From an uncultured delta proteobacterium (GTDB taxonomy: Bacteria; Desulfobacterota; Binatia; Binatales; Binataceae), in the NCBI GenBank assembly GCA_963796565.1, contig CAWCMA010000003.1, forward strand, positions 2,454 to 66,453: a DNA stretch of 64,000 bases, read 5' to 3'. The notes under the pieces are model-generated. The model ran no database searches. It saw only the letters and a program-made list of their open reading frames with translations, and was not told the origin of the DNA. The position numbers and the translations under genes are program-made. Shown here in pieces: positions 60,414 through 64,000 of the stretch (within the stretch, counting starts at the first letter, position 1; every line of letters starts with the position of its first letter).

Positions 60414-61655
60414 CTACTGCGGCGTGTCGCCGTGTACCGGGCCAGCGGGAGCGCCCGGCTCCCCGGGTGCTCCCGCTGGCCCGGCTGCGCAGCTCGCGCA
60501 CTTGCCCGCCTTGAGCATCGTGCACAGCCGCTCGCCGATAAGCTCGCCGGCCACGCGATGGCCCTCGGCGTTCCAGTGGCCGAAGCCGATCTTGCTGTTC
60601 GCAAAGCCGTGCAGAAAAGCGTGATGCGCCTGGGCGTATTGGTACAGCGGCTCAGCCAGCGCCAGAACGTCGAAGCCGTCGCGCTCGCCGAGCGCGGCGA
60701 TTCGGCGGTCGGGATAGAACAGATCGCTGACGCCGATTCGCTTCATGAAATTTTCGCGCACCGTGGGGTCGGGCCATACCTGGATGCTGGTGTCGAGCGT
60801 CACAGTCAGAAACGCCGCGCCGTGCTGGGCGGACTCGCGATGCGTCTCCTCGATCAGGTCGTCGGTTACCCGCCAGGCGTCGCGCCAGGCCGGCTCCGTG
60901 GGCGGCTTGTAAATGTCGTAGTTGATCGCGGCTTCGATAGGCAATTCGGCAGTCGGTTGCTGGTTATGGGTGCTTAAGATCGTCCATGCTCCGCCGAGCA
61001 GCGAGAGCATCCCGGCCTTGCGATAATCAAAGCGCGCCATGCACCACAGGCGAAACGAGTTCGAGCCCTCGAACGGCCCTGCCAGCGCGAGCTTGCCGCC
61101 GCGCTCGACATAGAACGGCCGGCACAGATTACCTTCGAGCGTGACCGAGTTGTTGCGAACGTCGTTTCCGAGAAAAATCGCGAGCACCACTATGTCGGGG
61201 TGATAGGCCCATACTTTGTCGCGCAACGTCACCAATTCCTGCGTGGTGCCGTAGCCGTCGACGCCGAAGTTGAGCGCCTCGACGCGCCGCCCCTTGAGCA
61301 ATGGGCACTGCGCGAGCTTGCGCGCCGCGACCGAAGCAAAGGTGTCCTCGTATGGCACCTGGATCGCCTCGGTATAGGAGTCGCCCAGCACCGCGATGCG
61401 AACGGTGCCGGGTGGCTTGAGCTTTGGGAAGTCGGGGCCGCGAAAGCCGTCGCTGTTGATCTCGACGTAGGCGGCGCCCTCGCGCCGATAGTAGCCCGTA
61501 GTGTTCGGCCGCAACCCCCACCCGCGCGCCTCGTCATAACAATAGAAGTAGGGAAAAAAATGGTTGGCGACTCGCACGCCGACCTCGGCGATCAGCCCCG
61601 CGCAGATCACGCCAAAGATGATCAGCACCACCGTGCCCATCGCTCTACGAATCAT
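60414..61655 (-). CDS. SGNH/GDSL-type hydrolase, N-terminally membrane-anchored (AlgX/AlgJ-like), with a short collagen-like C-terminal tail
   Basis: 'RIAVLGDSYTEA' block I (GDS). 'GVDGYGT' and 'FLGNDVRNN' are the later SGNH blocks. C-terminus 'GPAGAPGEPGAPAGP'. Confidence 0.7.
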   Translation of the reverse strand: MIRRAMGTVVLIIFGVICAGLIAEVGVRVANHFFPYFYCYDEARGWGLRPNTTGYYRREGAAYVEINSDGFRGPDFPKLKPPGTVRIAVLGDSYTEAIQVPYEDTFASVAARKLAQCPLLKGRRVEALNFGVDGYGTTQELVTLRDKVWAYHPDIVVLAIFLGNDVRNNSVTLEGNLCRPFYVERGGKLALAGPFEGSNSFRLWCMARFDYRKAGMLSLLGGAWTILSTHNQQPTAELPIEAAINYDIYKPPTEPAWRDAWRVTDDLIEETHRESAQHGAAFLTVTLDTSIQVWPDPTVRENFMKRIGVSDLFYPDRRIAALGERDGFDVLALAEPLYQYAQAHHAFLHGFANSKIGFGHWNAEGHRVAGELIGERLCTMLKAGKCASCAAGPAGAPGEPGAPAGPVHGDTPQ

Positions 61656-61823
61656 CTGTTGAGTCCGTGGTAAATCCGTGTGTCCCGTGCCGCCGCGGCA
61701 TAGTTGCGCGGCTGCCGGGCAGTCTCGTTGACGAAAATCGTTCTATCAACATAACGTAGGCCCGGAGCGGATGGGAGAGCGTCCAGCCGCGGACGCGATT
61801 TCGAGACCGGACCGAACCGGACA

Positions 61824-64000
61824 ATGATGGCAAAGTGGGTCGGACAGCCGCTTAAGCGCATCGAAGATCCGCGCCTGTTGACCGGGCGCGGCGCGTTTGT
61901 TGCCGACCTGCCGCTCAAGCAACCATACGCCGCGGCGATTCTGCGCAGTCCCCATGCGCACGCGCGCATCCGTTCGATCGACGCCTCGGCCGCGCTGGGC
62001 GCGCCGGGAGTGGCTGGCGTTATAACCGGCGCCGACGTGCTCGCGCATACTCAGCCTTTCGCGGTCGGCGTGCAGGCGCCGGTCAAATACTACTGCCTCG
62101 CGACCGACAAGGCGCGCTTCGTGGGAGAGCCGGTGGCGATGGTGATCGCGCGCGACCGTTACCTGGCCGAGGACGCGCTCGATCTTGTCCAGGTCGAATA
62201 CGAACCGCTGCCGGCGGTGGTCGATCCCGAGGACGCGTTGAAGCCCGGCGCGCCAATTCTGCATGAGGCCGTGGGTTCCAACGAGGCGTGCCATCGCGAG
62301 ATCGTCTACGGCGACGTCGATGGCGCTTTCGCCGGAGCCGACATCGTCATCCGTGAGCGCTTTCGCTATCCCAAGTATTCCTCGACGCCGATCGAAACCT
62401 ACGGCGTGATCGCCGCCTACGATCCGAGCATCGGCGTTCTGACGATAACCTCCAACTTCATGGGGCCGTTCATCCTGCACGGTCTGGTCGCGCGCGCCTT
62501 GGGACTGGCGGAGAACCGCTTGCGCTTCGTCGTGCCGCCGGACATCGGGGGCAGCTTCGGCATCAAGACCAGCATCTTTCCTTATCTTGCGCTGATGGGG
62601 CTTGCCGCGATGCGCATCGGCGTGACCGTGCGGTGGATCGAGGATCGCCGCGAGCATCTGCTGGCTTCCTCCAGCGGCGCGGACCGCGTCGCCTATCGCG
62701 AACTGGCCGCGCTCAACGACGGCACGATCGTCGCGATGCGCTCGCGATGGTACGACAACGTCGGCGGTTACATTCGCAGCCCCGAGCCGGGATGCACCTT
62801 TCGTCCGATCGGGAACTGGGTGGGGCCGTACCGCTTCGCCAACCTTGCCGCCGACGCGCACGTCGTGATGACCAACAAGAGCCTTACCGGTCCGAATCGC
62901 GGTTACGCCTGCGGCCATCTCTATTTCGAAATTGAGCGGATGATCGATCTGCTGGCGGAGCGCCTGGCCATGGATCCTGCCGAAGTGCGCAGGCGCAATT
63001 TCATCCAGGCCGATCAATTTCCGTATCGCACACCGTCGGGCGGACTTTACGATTCGGGCGACTACCCGGCCGCGTTCGAGCGGGCGCTCGAGACCGCCGG
63101 CTACCACGAACTACGCGAAGAGCAAAAGCGAGCGCGCGCCGCCGGGCGGCTTTACGGTGTGGGACTTGCCGTCGCGGTCGATCCGTCGGTGTCCAACATG
63201 GGCTACATCACGGTCGCACTCGACCCCGCGATACGTGCGCGTCCCGGTTATCTGCCCAAGTCGGGCGCGACCGAGAGCGCCACGGTCAAGATCGACCCGC
63301 TGGGCAAAGTGACCGCGATTCTCGGCACCGCGCCTCAGGGCCAGGGCCATCAGACGATCGTCGCGCAAATCGTCGCCGACGAACTCGGCCTTGCGCCCGG
63401 CGACATCACGGTGGTCGACGAGATGGATACTTTCACGCGCGTATGGGGAATTTCGTCGGGCACCTATTCGAGCCGCTTCGGCGCGGTCGGCACCAGCGCG
63501 GCGGCGCTCGCCGCGCGCAAGCTCAAGGACAAGCTCATGCGGCTCGCCTCGGCGCTGACCGAGACGCCTGTCGAGAGTCTGGTCTTAACGGACGGACGCG
63601 TGACGATGCGTGACAACGGCGGCCGCGGGTTGACGCTGAAGGAATTGGCCGGGCGCGCGTATTGGAACACGCAAGTGCTGCCGCCCGGGATGGAACCGGG
63701 GCTCGAGGCGACCGCGGTGTTCGGCTTTCCGCTGGCCGACAGTCCCGACGCGCAGGACCGCGTAAATTCGTCGAATACCTACGGCTTCATCGCCGAAGTC
63801 ATGGCGGTCGAAGTCGATCCCGAGACCGCCGAAATCAAAATTCTGCGCTACGTCACAGTCCACGACGCCGGCGTGATCATCAATCCGCTAATCGCCGAGG
63901 GCCAGATCGTCGGCGGCGCATTGCACGGATTGGGCGGCGCGTTATGGGAAGAGCTGGTTTACGATTCCGAGGGGCAATTCCTCGCGGGCACTTTCATGGA
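61824..64000 (+). CDS. Xanthine dehydrogenase family molybdopterin-binding large subunit (CoxL/aldehyde-oxidase-like); 3'-partial, runs off the window
   Basis: Not in the supplied ORF track (no in-window stop). Translation from ATG 61824: 'MMAKWVGQPLKRIEDPRLLTGRGAFVADLP...' (a/b-hammerhead), 'FVVPPDIGGSFGIK' and 'GQGHQTIVAQIVADELGL', typical of Mo-hydroxylase large subunits. The antisense ORFs listed for this region are spurious. Confidence 0.85.
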   Translation, partial: MMAKWVGQPLKRIEDPRLLTGRGAFVADLPLKQPYAAAILRSPHAHARIRSIDASAALGAPGVAGVITGADVLAHTQPFAVGVQAPVKYYCLATDKARFVGEPVAMVIARDRYLAEDALDLVQVEYEPLPAVVDPEDALKPGAPILHEAVGSNEACHREIVYGDVDGAFAGADIVIRERFRYPKYSSTPIETYGVIAAYDPSIGVLTITSNFMGPFILHGLVARALGLAENRLRFVVPPDIGGSFGIKTSIFPYLALMGLAAMRIGVTVRWIEDRREHLLASSSGADRVAYRELAALNDGTIVAMRSRWYDNVGGYIRSPEPGCTFRPIGNWVGPYRFANLAADAHVVMTNKSLTGPNRGYACGHLYFEIERMIDLLAERLAMDPAEVRRRNFIQADQFPYRTPSGGLYDSGDYPAAFERALETAGYHELREEQKRARAAGRLYGVGLAVAVDPSVSNMGYITVALDPAIRARPGYLPKSGATESATVKIDPLGKVTAILGTAPQGQGHQTIVAQIVADELGLAPGDITVVDEMDTFTRVWGISSGTYSSRFGAVGTSAAALAARKLKDKLMRLASALTETPVESLVLTDGRVTMRDNGGRGLTLKELAGRAYWNTQVLPPGMEPGLEATAVFGFPLADSPDAQDRVNSSNTYGFIAEVMAVEVDPETAEIKILRYVTVHDAGVIINPLIAEGQIVGGALHGLGGALWEELVYDSEGQFLAGTFM

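Noticed and set aside
61746-63107. 453-aa minus-strand ORF, plus 61229-61969 and 63111-63863 minus ORFs
   Set aside because: Antisense to the plus-strand Mo-hydroxylase gene, which is absent from the track only because it lacks an in-window stop. No motifs.
1-64000. CRISPR arrays, rRNA genes, intact tRNA genes
   Set aside because: No regularly spaced direct repeats, no rRNA-like conserved stretches, and no complete cloverleaf were found on manual inspection. This should be confirmed with CRT/tRNAscan-SE/barrnap.

Overview
High-GC (~65%) bacterial chromosomal window, probably from an uncultivated soil bacterium of the Acidobacteriota or Rokubacteria type. The lineage hints are SBBP β-propeller proteins, a TonB-dependent receptor with a CarboxypepD_reg domain, and four luciferase-like (LLM, F420-type) oxidoreductases.

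Three blocks can be read from the sequence.

(1) 183-3458: a large hybrid PAS/histidine-kinase/double-receiver sensor on the minus strand.

(2) ~3.85-24.3 kb: a horizontally acquired region made of an AT-rich, IS-scarred zone followed by a degraded integrated conjugative element, all on the minus strand.
- The scarred zone holds rve-type and IS110-type transposase fragments, an IS3 OrfA-like fragment, a frameshifted SNase-like nuclease and a Cys-rich collagen-like secreted protein.
- The element encodes an IncQ RepB'-like primase, a complete P-type (Trb) type IV secretion gene set (trbB-C-D-E-J-K-L plus trbF-G-I), the TraG coupling protein, a DUF3363/VirD2-like relaxase, a TraF signal peptidase and two RHH proteins.
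- At least five of these genes (trbC, traG, traF, and trbI twice) carry ±1 frameshifts. All other long genes in the window are intact, so the element looks decayed.
- A 3' tRNA fragment (T-arm plus acceptor) lies 190 bp beyond trbF at ~24.26 kb, as expected for an att-site scar.

(3) ~24.8-64 kb: chromosomal cargo.
- A 1141-aa SBBP/ASH secreted protein, an orphan excisionase-type HTH and an orphan Flp pilin.
- An ECF σ plus DUF1109 (NrsF-like) anti-σ plus msrA module that carries two identical GTAACT-N16-GAAC promoter-like motifs.
- An amine-dehydrogenase-like β-propeller, an AsmA/DUF748 giant protein, and an intact IS110-family IS inserted directly upstream of a TonB-dependent receptor.
- A σ54 activator with a cupin and a CheY-type regulator.
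- A three-operon catabolic cluster (deacetylase, amidohydrolase, FAD oxidoreductase, two LLMs, amidase, family-III CoA-transferase).
- A partial xanthine-dehydrogenase-family molybdopterin subunit that runs off the window end; it is absent from the ORF track because it has no stop in-window.

No CRISPR array, rRNA or intact tRNA was found.
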